Sequence record: MF402939
Length of the DNA: 64,000 nt
Origin: Escherichia phage OSYSP
Direction: 5' to 3' (one strand)
Position numbers and translations under genes: made by a program. Below are positions 1-8,937 of the stretch, one piece after another. Position 1 is the stretch's first letter. Each line of letters begins with the position of its first letter. The notes beneath the pieces were generated by a model. The model saw only the letters and a program-made list of their open reading frames with translations. It did not search any database and had not been told where the DNA came from.

Positions 1-6
1 TCTGCT

Positions 7-207
7 ATGGGTTTAATTGTTGCCCTAAATTTCTCTTTGTTCCATCCACGTGGTTTGGCTATATGTCGTATGCCTGATGATGGTTGTTCACCCCATCTTT
101 TACAGGTGGAAGATGATATTTGGGAGTACACTCCAGATATTCTCAAAGAAGCTAAAGAACAGTTAAACCATGTTGGGATCTATGTTCCAGGCTTGAATGA
201 TGAATGA
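7..207 (+). CDS. Small hypothetical protein, possibly the 3' end of a gene that starts upstream of the window (frame is open from position 1)
   Basis: ORF track; frame open to window edge; followed by a hairpin terminator. Confidence 0.3.
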   Translation: MGLIVALNFSLFHPRGLAICRMPDDGCSPHLLQVEDDIWEYTPDILKEAKEQLNHVGIYVPGLNDE

Positions 208-230
208 TTTTTATTAGCTGAACTCTGATT

Positions 231-256
231 ACCGAGTCATTTTGGCTCGGTTTTAT
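231..256 (+). terminator. Rho-independent terminator (ACCGAG ... CTCGGT stem followed by TTTT)
   Basis: Inverted repeat plus T-run read directly from the sequence. Confidence 0.5.
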
Positions 257-289
257 CCGTACTCAAGACCAATGATAGCACCATCCGGA

Positions 290-345
290 AAATTTTACTT
301 GCAGGATGCCCAAAATCTTGATATAATATTTATATTGAATTGAGA
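290..345 (+). promoter_or_regulatory. Early sigma70-type promoter (TATAAT at about 322-327) with the conserved downstream ATTGAGAGA leader module
   Basis: Match to the promoter module that recurs across the early region. Confidence 0.5.
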
Positions 346-826
346 GACATTAGTAAAAATTGATTTTGCTAATTTTTCTTGTTTACAATCCGCGATACGG
401 AACAGTTAGGCTGCCCCATTAAGGGTTGTTTTAACTGTTACGTGTTAGTTTTTAAACAAATAATTAATAGAATACTTAGCGATCTGCGTCCCGTAGGAAC
501 CCTGGTAAGGCCTCGAAGCAACCTAGATAGAGGTGGTTGTGAAGTGAGACGGGAGGAGTGAAAAACTCCGAGACGTGATTCTGTAAGTTATATTGCATCT
601 AGTATGAGCTAGTATATGAAGCATTAGGTGAGCAAATCTGGCTTAGCGGCCATCCTCAAGGATTTGTGCGGTATAGCAAAGCAGCAGCGCAGCGTGAAAG
701 TGGAAGTTGCCACCCCACTTCAGTATTTGCGATTAATTTGTTGAGAAATTGACAGTAACAGTTGTTCTATTCTTTCTGAATAGTCCTAAAGAAAACTTAT
801 TTCATTTCCAATACAGGAGTATTGTT

Positions 827-3616
827 GTGTTTTCAATCCTACAAGGTCATGCAGGATTTCATCGCGATTTAGCCACAGGCAATTGGCGAGAAGTTAAGGC
901 AGAAGATTATCTTTTTGCTAAAAGATTTTCCTCAAAGCATCCTGAAGGTAAACCAGCTTCAATGCCCTTCAAGTTTGATGTAATTGACGAAGTTGATCCT
1001 CAAACCCTAGTAGAAATGCTTCCTCTTATGAGACGTTTAACGTCTGATCCTCATATCGTTGCGGTACGAGGTAGATGTCTTGCACCTAAAAATAATGTGC
1101 GACGTAAGAAGGGCAACTTTAATGTATCTAATCCAAGTCATATAATCGCAATGGATGTGGATGGTATTGTAGATACAGGAGGTTGTAACAAGTTTGATCT
1201 TGTTGGCATGGCGCGTCATATTATTAGGATGTTGAATAGTATTAGTGAGGATATGTTTCCTCTTGATGCAGGGTTTATTGCTCATGCATCGTCTTCGGCT
1301 GGACTAAAACCAGGTATCCGAATGCATTTAATACTAGAATCTAATGTTAAAGTTACACAGGGTCAGATCAAGTTCTTATTTACATCTATCAACGAAAGTA
1401 GTAGACAAAAGTATGGTTTTGATATTGCCGACTTAGCTTATTACTCTTCAGTACAGCTCCACTATTTTGCAGATCCTTTATTTATTGATGGTATAGTTGA
1501 TCCGTTTAAAGCGGAGGATGCTTCACGTCTGGTATTTGTTAAGGGTTCTAAAGTAAATTTACCTAATAATCTAGTTGACTATGAAACAACTAGAGGGGAG
1601 TTTAAAGAGGAATTCTACTCTTTACTCGATCAAATTAAAGGTAAAAAAGCTGCCTCTGATAAAGTAGAAGAAACCATCAGCGAGTTAGAGGAAGCTGAGG
1701 ATGGTGTATATCTACGTATTATTCCTAAACTCTATCACCGAGCACTAGAGGATGGTGTAGATTTTGGTTGGCTAGAGAAGGAGATCCGCCCAGCTTTATC
1801 TGAGTATATTGCAACTAAAGATAATAGTCGTAATATTCAGGATTATTTTAATAACGGTCGAAAACAGGCTCTGAAAGCATTTGTTAATAATTCTAAACGT
1901 GATATACCTGATGTTTTAAAAGGTATTCCACTTAAAAAGCTAGAAACTAACTCTCTAGAAACAGATAATTTCTTGAAATTAAACACTGTGCCACCAGAAG
2001 GTTATATGACTTTTGTAAAAGCAAGTCTAGGTACAGGTAAAACCACGGCGGTTGTGCGTTGGTTAGATTCAGGAGTTATTAAAGGTAATTTCTTAGCAAT
2101 TACCAATACTAGGGCACTGGTGTCTTCAAATGCCAAGAAATTTAGTGCAGGACAATATGATAAGTCTGTAGATATGCTTAATTTTAAGCGTGGTGCTATT
2201 GACCGTATGTCCACAACTATCCACTCTTTACATAAGTTTAAGAGTTTTATTGGTCAAATTGATGCAATCTTTATCGATGAATGTGATGCAGTAATGAATG
2301 ACCTATTATTCGCCCCGGTTGTTAAGCAACGTCGTGAGTGTATTCAGGTTCTTCGTGATATTCTTGCAACTGCAAAAATCATTATACTATCCGATGGTGA
2401 TATTAGTGCGGAAACAATTGAAGCATATGGTTCTTTGATTGAGTTCGATAAACCAGTTGCATTCTATAATCATCACCGTAAGATGCTGTCAAAAGCCCAC
2501 GCTTATGAGTTTCCAGATGAATCCAGTATTTGGGTTGCACTTCAGACTTCTCTAGAGATGGGGGAGAAATCTATTCTAGTATCTGATTGTGGCCCTGATG
2601 AGCTGAATGAGAAGGGTATGGCACTGCGTCGTAACACGGGTGCGTTAGTTAAGGAAATCCATTCAAACTCTACCTCAGATGTGGATATTCGACGTATTCT
2701 GGATTATACAACTAATGAGCTAATTGATCAACAAATTGATTGCTTATTATGTAGTCCATCCGTAACGAGCGGTGTTGACTTCAACTATTTTGATAACGTA
2801 TTCGTTATTACTAGAACCAGTAATCAAGCGCCAAACATGCGTTTTCAAGCAATCAGGCGCGACCGTGGTGCTCAGAATATCTATTATTTTATTGATAAAT
2901 CCACTAGTGGGTTCTCTGCAGGTTCTGAACAATATAATATTGATGAAGGTTGGCTGGAGTTAGCACAGCAATTATACGCACGTCGTAGAGAGCTGGAATC
3001 TAGAAACTATACTAGTACCTTACGGTATTACTTGCTTGATCAGGGTGCAACTATTGATATTTTCAGCGAAAGCTGGGGAACTATTGAAGGTGCTGGTAAA
3101 GAATATACAGAAGAGCGAATCAAAGCTATTCTGCATTCAACTCCAGATTATTGTGCCCCACGTCATGCAGATGCATATGAAGCTAAACTACTTCTTGTTC
3201 GCTATTATCATCTTGAGTCTATTAAAGATGTAACAGTTGAGCATGTTGAACAATATATCAAAGATAAACCGAATGATCGAGCTGCATTCTTCCATAAGAT
3301 GCACGAGATGTTCTGGGAAGATATTAAAAAGTGTTCAAATGTGACCATTAAACCATTCATAGAGGCTCTGAAAGGTAAGAAGAAAGACTTCTTCCTTAAA
3401 ACAGGTCAGAGTGCTAACCCAAAATATGCTAGAATGTATCTTGGTATGATGGGTATTGGTAAGGATATGAACACTGAAAATATCGTAGACTGGTATAGAA
3501 CCTATTGTAAAATCGAGTGTATGCCAATTCCATATAAGTTCATGACTGACGAGGAAAAACATATGCACGATGAAGCAATGTCAGAGCTAGGTGCTAGAAA
3601 TGACAGTGAAGAATAA
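827..3616 (+). CDS. Large P-loop NTPase, putative replication-associated helicase or initiator; probable GTG start at 827 after an AGGAG Shine-Dalgarno
   Basis: Walker A (GTGKTT) and Walker B-like (IFIDECD) motifs in the ORF translation; position at the head of the replication module; ORF-track start at 749 looks like translated leader. Confidence 0.6.
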   Translation: MFSILQGHAGFHRDLATGNWREVKAEDYLFAKRFSSKHPEGKPASMPFKFDVIDEVDPQTLVEMLPLMRRLTSDPHIVAVRGRCLAPKNNVRRKKGNFNVSNPSHIIAMDVDGIVDTGGCNKFDLVGMARHIIRMLNSISEDMFPLDAGFIAHASSSAGLKPGIRMHLILESNVKVTQGQIKFLFTSINESSRQKYGFDIADLAYYSSVQLHYFADPLFIDGIVDPFKAEDASRLVFVKGSKVNLPNNLVDYETTRGEFKEEFYSLLDQIKGKKAASDKVEETISELEEAEDGVYLRIIPKLYHRALEDGVDFGWLEKEIRPALSEYIATKDNSRNIQDYFNNGRKQALKAFVNNSKRDIPDVLKGIPLKKLETNSLETDNFLKLNTVPPEGYMTFVKASLGTGKTTAVVRWLDSGVIKGNFLAITNTRALVSSNAKKFSAGQYDKSVDMLNFKRGAIDRMSTTIHSLHKFKSFIGQIDAIFIDECDAVMNDLLFAPVVKQRRECIQVLRDILATAKIIILSDGDISAETIEAYGSLIEFDKPVAFYNHHRKMLSKAHAYEFPDESSIWVALQTSLEMGEKSILVSDCGPDELNEKGMALRRNTGALVKEIHSNSTSDVDIRRILDYTTNELIDQQIDCLLCSPSVTSGVDFNYFDNVFVITRTSNQAPNMRFQAIRRDRGAQNIYYFIDKSTSGFSAGSEQYNIDEGWLELAQQLYARRRELESRNYTSTLRYYLLDQGATIDIFSESWGTIEGAGKEYTEERIKAILHSTPDYCAPRHADAYEAKLLLVRYYHLESIKDVTVEHVEQYIKDKPNDRAAFFHKMHEMFWEDIKKCSNVTIKPFIEALKGKKKDFFLKTGQSANPKYARMYLGMMGIGKDMNTENIVDWYRTYCKIECMPIPYKFMTDEEKHMHDEAMSELGARNDSEE

Positions 3617-3833
3617 AAAATGGGAAACAAGGAAGTTTCCAGTAAAAGAACGTAAAGTTCCTGTTTATGATACTTCGGAAAAGCTATGTAGGGTGGTACC
3701 GCACAGATTAGCTGGCATCCCTAACATATCCGAATGGTTACTTAAACAACGGAGGACTAACGTATCTCTTCGCATAGGGTTTGAGTTAGATAAAGTATAT
3801 GCTGAACTTTCTTCTTTGCTCAAAGAATCATAA
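3600..3833 (+). CDS. Small basic hypothetical protein overlapping the 3' end of the ATPase gene
   Basis: ORF track (3591..3833); ATG at 3600. Confidence 0.3.
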   Translation: MTVKNKKWETRKFPVKERKVPVYDTSEKLCRVVPHRLAGIPNISEWLLKQRRTNVSLRIGFELDKVYAELSSLLKES

Positions 3834-3900
3834 AAAATTTATTTGCTTTCAGGAAAATTTTTCTGTATAATAGATTCATAAATTTGAGAGAGGAGTTTAA
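3830..3900 (+). promoter_or_regulatory. T5 P-N25-like strong early promoter (TTGCTT -35, TATAAT -10, ATAAATTTGAGAGAGGAG leader)
   Basis: Sequence TTTATTTGCTTTCAGGAAAATTTTTCTGTATAATAGATTCATAAATTTGAGAGAGGAGTT matches the classical T5 N25 promoter as I recall it. Confidence 0.8.
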
Positions 3901-3902
3901 AT

Positions 3903-4607
3903 ATGGCTGGTTCTCACAGAAAGAAACATATCCATGAAATCCCGGATGAAGTCTTTAAAAAAGTTATAGAGCATCTGGAGAACGGTGGTACTAAGAAAGC
4001 AGCATGTGAAATGCTAGGCGTATCATCCAATCCAACTATGGAAAGGATGATTGAAGAGTGGCAAGACCGCCAGATTCAAGTTGCCGAAATGAAGAAAAAG
4101 AAACGTGGTACACTCATTGAAGGTATTGAGTTGGCCAACGTTATTGAACAGTATCTATCTGGCGATTCTTTTGAAGAGATTGCCGATCGTAATTACCGCT
4201 CTGTAGCAATGGTTAAATCTGTTCTGGAACGCTATGGTGCTCTGCTTCGTTTGAATGATATTGTAGATCCATTGAGTCCTCCAATTATTCCTGACGATGC
4301 TGTGGCAGAAGAATTTGAGGTAGGTGAGCTTGTTTGGGTTCCTGGATACCAGTGTATCGGTGAAATCAAAAAAGCAATGGATAACCCTGTTGGTTGTTAC
4401 CGTGTATGGCTCTTATCAGAAGGCAAACAACAGAACGTTCATTATATGAATTATGAGCTGGCTTCTGTTAAACACCTGGAAAAGCTAGGGGTTGATGTAA
4501 AGTCTCTGGGGTACAAATGGTCCCGGGAAGAAGTTATCACACTGATTAACGAAGCTGTTAAGGCTGCCTTGAAACTTGATAAAGATAAAGGAAAACGCCG
4601 TGAGTAG
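3903..4607 (+). CDS. Hypothetical early protein (234 aa)
   Basis: ORF directly downstream of the P-N25-like promoter and leader. Confidence 0.6.
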   Translation: MAGSHRKKHIHEIPDEVFKKVIEHLENGGTKKAACEMLGVSSNPTMERMIEEWQDRQIQVAEMKKKKRGTLIEGIELANVIEQYLSGDSFEEIADRNYRSVAMVKSVLERYGALLRLNDIVDPLSPPIIPDDAVAEEFEVGELVWVPGYQCIGEIKKAMDNPVGCYRVWLLSEGKQQNVHYMNYELASVKHLEKLGVDVKSLGYKWSREEVITLINEAVKAALKLDKDKGKRRE

Positions 4608-4851
4608 ACTAACTGATTTACTTAAAGATGGGGAAGTAAAAACGCTATATCGTAGAAGCTGGGATAACGATAATTACGGCTTAGTGTTACTAACTTTAGA
4701 TGCTGACTCGGATGTAGCTACTCAACATACCTGGGTAGCCGGTAACTATCCATATAGCGAGGCTGTTTCATTAACAGTATGCGAAGCTATTGCAGATGAT
4801 TGGGAGGTTGCCAGCATCGATGATATGCGTGCTGTTGGCCTGCTGGAGTAA
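4576..4851 (+). CDS. Hypothetical protein (91 aa)
   Basis: ORF track; start overlaps the upstream gene. Confidence 0.45.
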   Translation: MIKIKENAVSRLTDLLKDGEVKTLYRRSWDNDNYGLVLLTLDADSDVATQHTWVAGNYPYSEAVSLTVCEAIADDWEVASIDDMRAVGLLE

Positions 4852-4865
4852 CTACTTAAAAATTT

Positions 4866-4900
4866 CAGTTGCTTAATCCTACAATTCTTGATATAATATT
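4866..4900 (+). promoter_or_regulatory. Early promoter (TTGCTT ... TATAAT)
   Basis: Consensus -35/-10 hexamers read from the sequence. Confidence 0.55.
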
Positions 4901-4954
4901 CTCATAGTTTGAAAGAACTATTCTGTTTAATTCTTAATTAAGGAAATATAAAAT

Positions 4955-5365
4955 ATGACTACTCCAACTCAGTGGACTGATGAACTGTTCGAAAAAATGT
5001 CTTCCGAATACGTTGCTCGTATGGAGCAATTCCCAGAGGATGAACGTCCGGGTGTTAGCATGGAAATTGTTAGCGAAATTGCCCAGGAAAATGGTGTAAC
5101 TCCGAACGGTTTTCGTATGAAGCTGACTAAAGCAGGTTTGTATATCAAGAAAGCTGCTGGTTCTACTTCTAAATCTAGCGCATCTACTGGAGAAAAAGCT
5201 TCCGGTGGTTCTCGTACCTCCAAAGCCCAAGCTCATGCTGATCTTCGTTCAGCATTCTCTGATGCTGGCTTAGCGCCAGATTTTCTGGATGATGCAATTA
5301 TCGACAAACTGACCGGTAAAGCGGCTGCTCATCTGGCAGAAGCAATCCGAGCTATCACTAAGTAA
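4955..5365 (+). CDS. Hypothetical early protein with Ser/Ala-rich low-complexity C-terminal half
   Basis: ORF track; promoter upstream. Confidence 0.55.
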   Translation: MTTPTQWTDELFEKMSSEYVARMEQFPEDERPGVSMEIVSEIAQENGVTPNGFRMKLTKAGLYIKKAAGSTSKSSASTGEKASGGSRTSKAQAHADLRSAFSDAGLAPDFLDDAIIDKLTGKAAAHLAEAIRAITK

Positions 5366-5401
5366 TTTTAGATAAATCCACCAACAAAAGGAACTATAGC
5401 T

Positions 5402-5698
5402 ATGACTAAAGCTGAAATTATTGCACAGTGCGAAAAATTTGGTGAGTTTTATCTTCATTACGAGAAACTTCGTCAGAAAGGAACCACGTATCTTCAGGGT
5501 ACAATGGAATTTGATCCGGCCCAAGATAAATATCTGGCTGAGCGTATTAAACGCGAACGTATTCGTAAAGCGAAAGATGATGAAATCCTTGTCTTCTCTC
5601 GTACTAATGATAGCTTCCGTTTTATTCCTGTCGAGAAAGTTCGTCGTGTGACTAGCCTCCAATCAGAGTTAGATCGTGCTTCTCCAGTAGGCCGATAA
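5402..5698 (+). CDS. Hypothetical basic protein (98 aa)
   Basis: ORF track; terminator immediately downstream. Confidence 0.55.
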   Translation: MTKAEIIAQCEKFGEFYLHYEKLRQKGTTYLQGTMEFDPAQDKYLAERIKRERIRKAKDDEILVFSRTNDSFRFIPVEKVRRVTSLQSELDRASPVGR

Positions 5699-5708
5699 GA
5701 AAACAATT

Positions 5709-5731
5709 AGCCCCTATATGGGGCTTTTTGT
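5709..5731 (+). terminator. Rho-independent terminator (AGCCCC-TATAT-GGGGCT-TTTTT)
   Basis: Hairpin plus T-run. Confidence 0.7.
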
Positions 5732-5748
5732 GTATTTGGGATATGTAA

Positions 5749-6057
5749 ATGAGCGAACAGGTAAATCAAAACTATGAAGGACACGTTGATGACCAGTCCA
5801 TCATACTTTGGGAGAAGGAGGGGGAACAAGTAAGATTAACAGTATCTGAATTTCGTGGGAATCTATACATGGGTATTCGTTACTGGCTTCTTGATATTAA
5901 TGATGAGTGGTTTCCAACGAAATCTGGCTTCTCTTTTCCTTACACCCTAGAAACAACATCACAGCTTTTCTATGCGTTTACACAGATTCTTAGCGAATCT
6001 GAGGTTTTACATGAAGTACAGAAACGAGCTGAAGAACTCAAAGCCAAGAATGCCTAG
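5749..6057 (+). CDS. Hypothetical protein (102 aa)
   Basis: ORF track. Confidence 0.5.
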   Translation: MSEQVNQNYEGHVDDQSIILWEKEGEQVRLTVSEFRGNLYMGIRYWLLDINDEWFPTKSGFSFPYTLETTSQLFYAFTQILSESEVLHEVQKRAEELKAKNA

Positions 6058-6071
6058 TTCTTGGCTTTTTC
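6043..6071 (+). terminator. Rho-independent terminator (GCCAAGAA ... TTCTTGGC + TTTTTC)
   Basis: Hairpin plus T-run overlapping the stop codon. Confidence 0.65.
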
Positions 6072-6082
6072 TTTATAAATGT

Positions 6083-6125
6083 ATTTGCTTTCAACTCAGT
6101 TTTGTTATATAATATTTATATAAAT
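6083..6125 (+). promoter_or_regulatory. Early promoter with ATAAATT leader
   Basis: TTGCTT ... TATAAT consensus. Confidence 0.6.
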
Positions 6126-6144
6126 TAATGAGAGATATAAATAA

Positions 6145-7116
6145 ATGACTAATGTAAAAGAATTTATTAAACGCTGTCAAGAAGCATATTATCAAGGCAT
6201 GTCTTTAATCTCTGATGAGGAGTATGATCGCCTGGTAAAACGCTTCCCGTTAGAGGAAGAGATCGGGCCTAAGGGTGATATTCCACATCTATATCGTATG
6301 TATTCTTTACAGAAAGTTTACTATAACCGTGGAGATAAACCACCATTCAATCCTTTAGGTCAGGTGGAAACCGATAAGTTAGATGGTTGTGCAATTTCTC
6401 TGCTATATATTAATGGCGAATTTGTTCAAGCACTAACTCGTGGTAATGGTATTCTGGGGAATGATGTCACAAGCAACGTAAGATTGCTGAACATTCCTAA
6501 AAAGATTTCCCAAAAAGTACCTACTCAAATCACTGGTGAAGTTCTAATTACAAAAGAAGTAGAAAATAAACGTAACTTTGCCTCTGGTGCTATTAACCTC
6601 AAAGATAGCGATGCTTTCGTACAACGCATTGGAGAAGGCGGTTTAATCTTTGTTGCTTATGGTATCCAGTGTTCTGCTGAATCTGTAGGTATTACAGAAG
6701 CATATTTAAAAGATATGCTTTGGCTAGAGAATGAGAACTTCTTAACAGTCGTTAATGTGCGTTCCTTTTTTAAATGGATTCCGACGGACGGTAAAGTTGT
6801 TCGTATTAATGACAACAACAAATTCTTCCGCGAAGGCTGGACTAATAAATTCCCTCGTGGAGCATTCGCTATTAAAGAGGATGAAGAAGGCGAGATTACA
6901 ACTCTTACTAAAGTTGAATGGCAGGTAGGGGCTTCTGGTAAAGTAACTCCAGTTGGTTATTTCGAACCGGTAATTATTGATGATGCTACGATTGTTAAAG
7001 CGACTCTTAATAACGTTGATTATATTAACTCTCTCGATCTAGAGATCGGTTGCCAGATTCGAGTGATTCGTGCTGGTGGTGTAATCCCGTGCATAGTAGA
7101 GCGAGTATATGATTAA
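6145..7116 (+). CDS. NAD-dependent DNA ligase, N-terminal subunit (adenylation plus OB domains)
   Basis: KxDG adenylation motif (ETDKLDGCAISLLY) and LigA-like architecture in the translation. Confidence 0.8.
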   Translation: MTNVKEFIKRCQEAYYQGMSLISDEEYDRLVKRFPLEEEIGPKGDIPHLYRMYSLQKVYYNRGDKPPFNPLGQVETDKLDGCAISLLYINGEFVQALTRGNGILGNDVTSNVRLLNIPKKISQKVPTQITGEVLITKEVENKRNFASGAINLKDSDAFVQRIGEGGLIFVAYGIQCSAESVGITEAYLKDMLWLENENFLTVVNVRSFFKWIPTDGKVVRINDNNKFFREGWTNKFPRGAFAIKEDEEGEITTLTKVEWQVGASGKVTPVGYFEPVIIDDATIVKATLNNVDYINSLDLEIGCQIRVIRAGGVIPCIVERVYD

Positions 7117-7256
7117 TACATAACCCTTTGCTACCCATCTACCATATCGGAATTATAAAGTGGTTATTGACATTTTCGCCGCTTAGGTATATACTATTAT
7201 CATTCAGTTGAGGGATAGAAAGTTATGGCGAGGGTAAGCAAAGTTAGTTAAAATTG

Positions 7257-7300
7257 TAGTTGCTAAATGCTTAAATACTTGCTATAATATTTATATAAAT
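7257..7300 (+). promoter_or_regulatory. Early promoter sitting between the two ligase ORFs
   Basis: TTGCTA ... TATAAT plus ATAAATTGATAAGGAAG leader. Confidence 0.55.
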
Positions 7301-7318
7301 TGATAAGGAAGAAATTTG

Positions 7319-8095
7319 ATGAAAATCGAAATTCCAACACAATGTCCCTCTTGTGGTTCTAAGCTAGATCTTGTCAACGGACAATTATTCTGTCGTAATA
7401 AGTCCAACTGTCCAGCGCAATCAAGTAAGTTAATTGAGAACTTCTGTACAAAAATGAAGTTAAAGGGCTTTGGCCCGAAAACTATTGAAAAGCTGGAGCT
7501 GACTAAGATTTCAGAACTATTTTACCTAACCGAAGAAGATTTGGTTAGAGCCGTGGGTAGCAAGGTTGCCGCTAAGTTAATTAGCGAATTAAATACTAAA
7601 GTTCGTGGAGACATTGACTTTGGTTCAGTTCTCGGTTCTTTAGGAATCCCTCTAATTGGAGAGGTTGCAGCAAAGAAATTGTCCCAAAATTGCACCAGTT
7701 TTCAAGATGTGAGAGCTGATGGCAAAGCTGGAGAAAACTATAAAGCCTGGCTAAATTCCCCACAAGGCAAGGATGTTATCGAATTACCGTGGAAATTCTC
7801 AAATGGTATTAAGGGTGCTAAAGCTGACATCATTACTGATGGTCTAGTAGCCCAACCAAACGGAATAACGGTGTGTATTACCGGATCTTTGCAAGATTTT
7901 GCAAATCGAACGGATGCAACAAACTATTTAGAAGGTCTAGGATACACGGTTAAGAAATCCGTTACCAAAGACGTCAAATACCTAATCTGTGAGGATGAAT
8001 CGAAGCGTTCTTCCTCATCTTATAAGAAAGCCGAAACGAATGGGATAGAAATCCTGTCGATTAAAGAACTATTGGAGAAAAATAATAATGTCTAA
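7319..8095 (+). CDS. NAD-dependent DNA ligase, C-terminal subunit (Zn finger, HhH, BRCT-like)
   Basis: Cys4 motif CPSCGS...CRNKSNCPAQ; C-terminal BRCT-like region (ITGSL...KYLICEDE). Confidence 0.75.
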   Translation: MKIEIPTQCPSCGSKLDLVNGQLFCRNKSNCPAQSSKLIENFCTKMKLKGFGPKTIEKLELTKISELFYLTEEDLVRAVGSKVAAKLISELNTKVRGDIDFGSVLGSLGIPLIGEVAAKKLSQNCTSFQDVRADGKAGENYKAWLNSPQGKDVIELPWKFSNGIKGAKADIITDGLVAQPNGITVCITGSLQDFANRTDATNYLEGLGYTVKKSVTKDVKYLICEDESKRSSSSYKKAETNGIEILSIKELLEKNNNV

Positions 8096-8855
8096 ACTGA
8101 ACTGGAACGTAGAAGGTGTAACCGAGTCTCTGAAAGCAAAAGCCACTGCTCTGGGTGTTGCTGTAATCTCTCAAGAACAAGTAGCTGCTATCGCTGCTGA
8201 ACTGGCTGCTGAAACTGGCAAAGACGTTACCGCTCGCTCTGTTGGCTCTAAGCTGCGTAAAGAAGGTTTCGAAGTACAGAAAGCTAACGAAGTACAGAAA
8301 TCTCCGTGGACTCCTGAGCAGGAAGCTGAACTGGTTGATTTCCTGAACGCTCATGCTGGTCAGTATACCTATGCTGAAATCGCTGCTGCTGTAGCTGGTG
8401 GTCAATTTGGTGCTAGGCAGGTACAGGGTAAGATCCTGAGTCTGGAAATGACCGCTTCTGTTAAACCAACTGAAAAAGCAGCTGCTGTTCGTTCCTTCAC
8501 TCCTGATGAAGAAACTGATTTTGTTAATCAGGTTGTTGCTGGTGCTACTATTGAAGCTATCGCTGCTCACTTCGGTCGTAATATCAAGCAGATCCGTGGT
8601 AAAGCTCTGAGCCTGCTTCGTGAAGGTCGTATCGCTGCTATGCCGGTACAGGAAACTTCAAGTGCTAAAACTCGTGAAGATCTGCTAGAAGGTCTGGATC
8701 TGGTTAACATGACCGTTGCTGAGATCGCTGAGAAAACTGGTAAGTCTGAGCGTGGTGTTAAATCTATGTTGTCTCGTCGTGGTCTGGTTGCTAAGGACTA
8801 TGATGGTGCCGCTAAGCGTGCTAAACTGGATGCAAAAGCTGCGGCTGCTGAATAA
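8088..8855 (+). CDS. Ala-rich protein with internally duplicated helical modules; possible DNA-binding regulator
   Basis: ORF track; repeated AIAA...G(K/R) modules in the translation. Confidence 0.5.
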   Translation: MSKLNWNVEGVTESLKAKATALGVAVISQEQVAAIAAELAAETGKDVTARSVGSKLRKEGFEVQKANEVQKSPWTPEQEAELVDFLNAHAGQYTYAEIAAAVAGGQFGARQVQGKILSLEMTASVKPTEKAAAVRSFTPDEETDFVNQVVAGATIEAIAAHFGRNIKQIRGKALSLLREGRIAAMPVQETSSAKTREDLLEGLDLVNMTVAEIAEKTGKSERGVKSMLSRRGLVAKDYDGAAKRAKLDAKAAAAE

Positions 8856-8871
8856 TCTGGTAAATTAAACC

Positions 8872-8905
8872 TAAGGGGAGGGGGCTATGCTCCTTCCCCT
8901 TTTTG
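8872..8905 (+). terminator. Rho-independent terminator (AAGGGGA ... TCCCCTT + TTTT)
   Basis: Hairpin plus T-run. Confidence 0.7.
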
Positions 8906-8937
8906 CATTTAGAAGGCACGAAAGCGTGCAAAGGAGA

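Noticed and set aside
380-750. tRNA gene in the long leader region (T5-like phages carry many tRNAs)
   Set aside because: No cloverleaf with a GTTCGAATC-type T-loop or CCA-adjacent acceptor stem found by eye; tRNAscan would be needed to exclude it formally.
7117-7318. Intron or intein interrupting the ligase gene
   Set aside because: The gap contains stop codons in all frames I checked and a promoter-like element with its own ribosome-binding site; two separate polypeptides is the simpler reading. Not excluded without transcript data.
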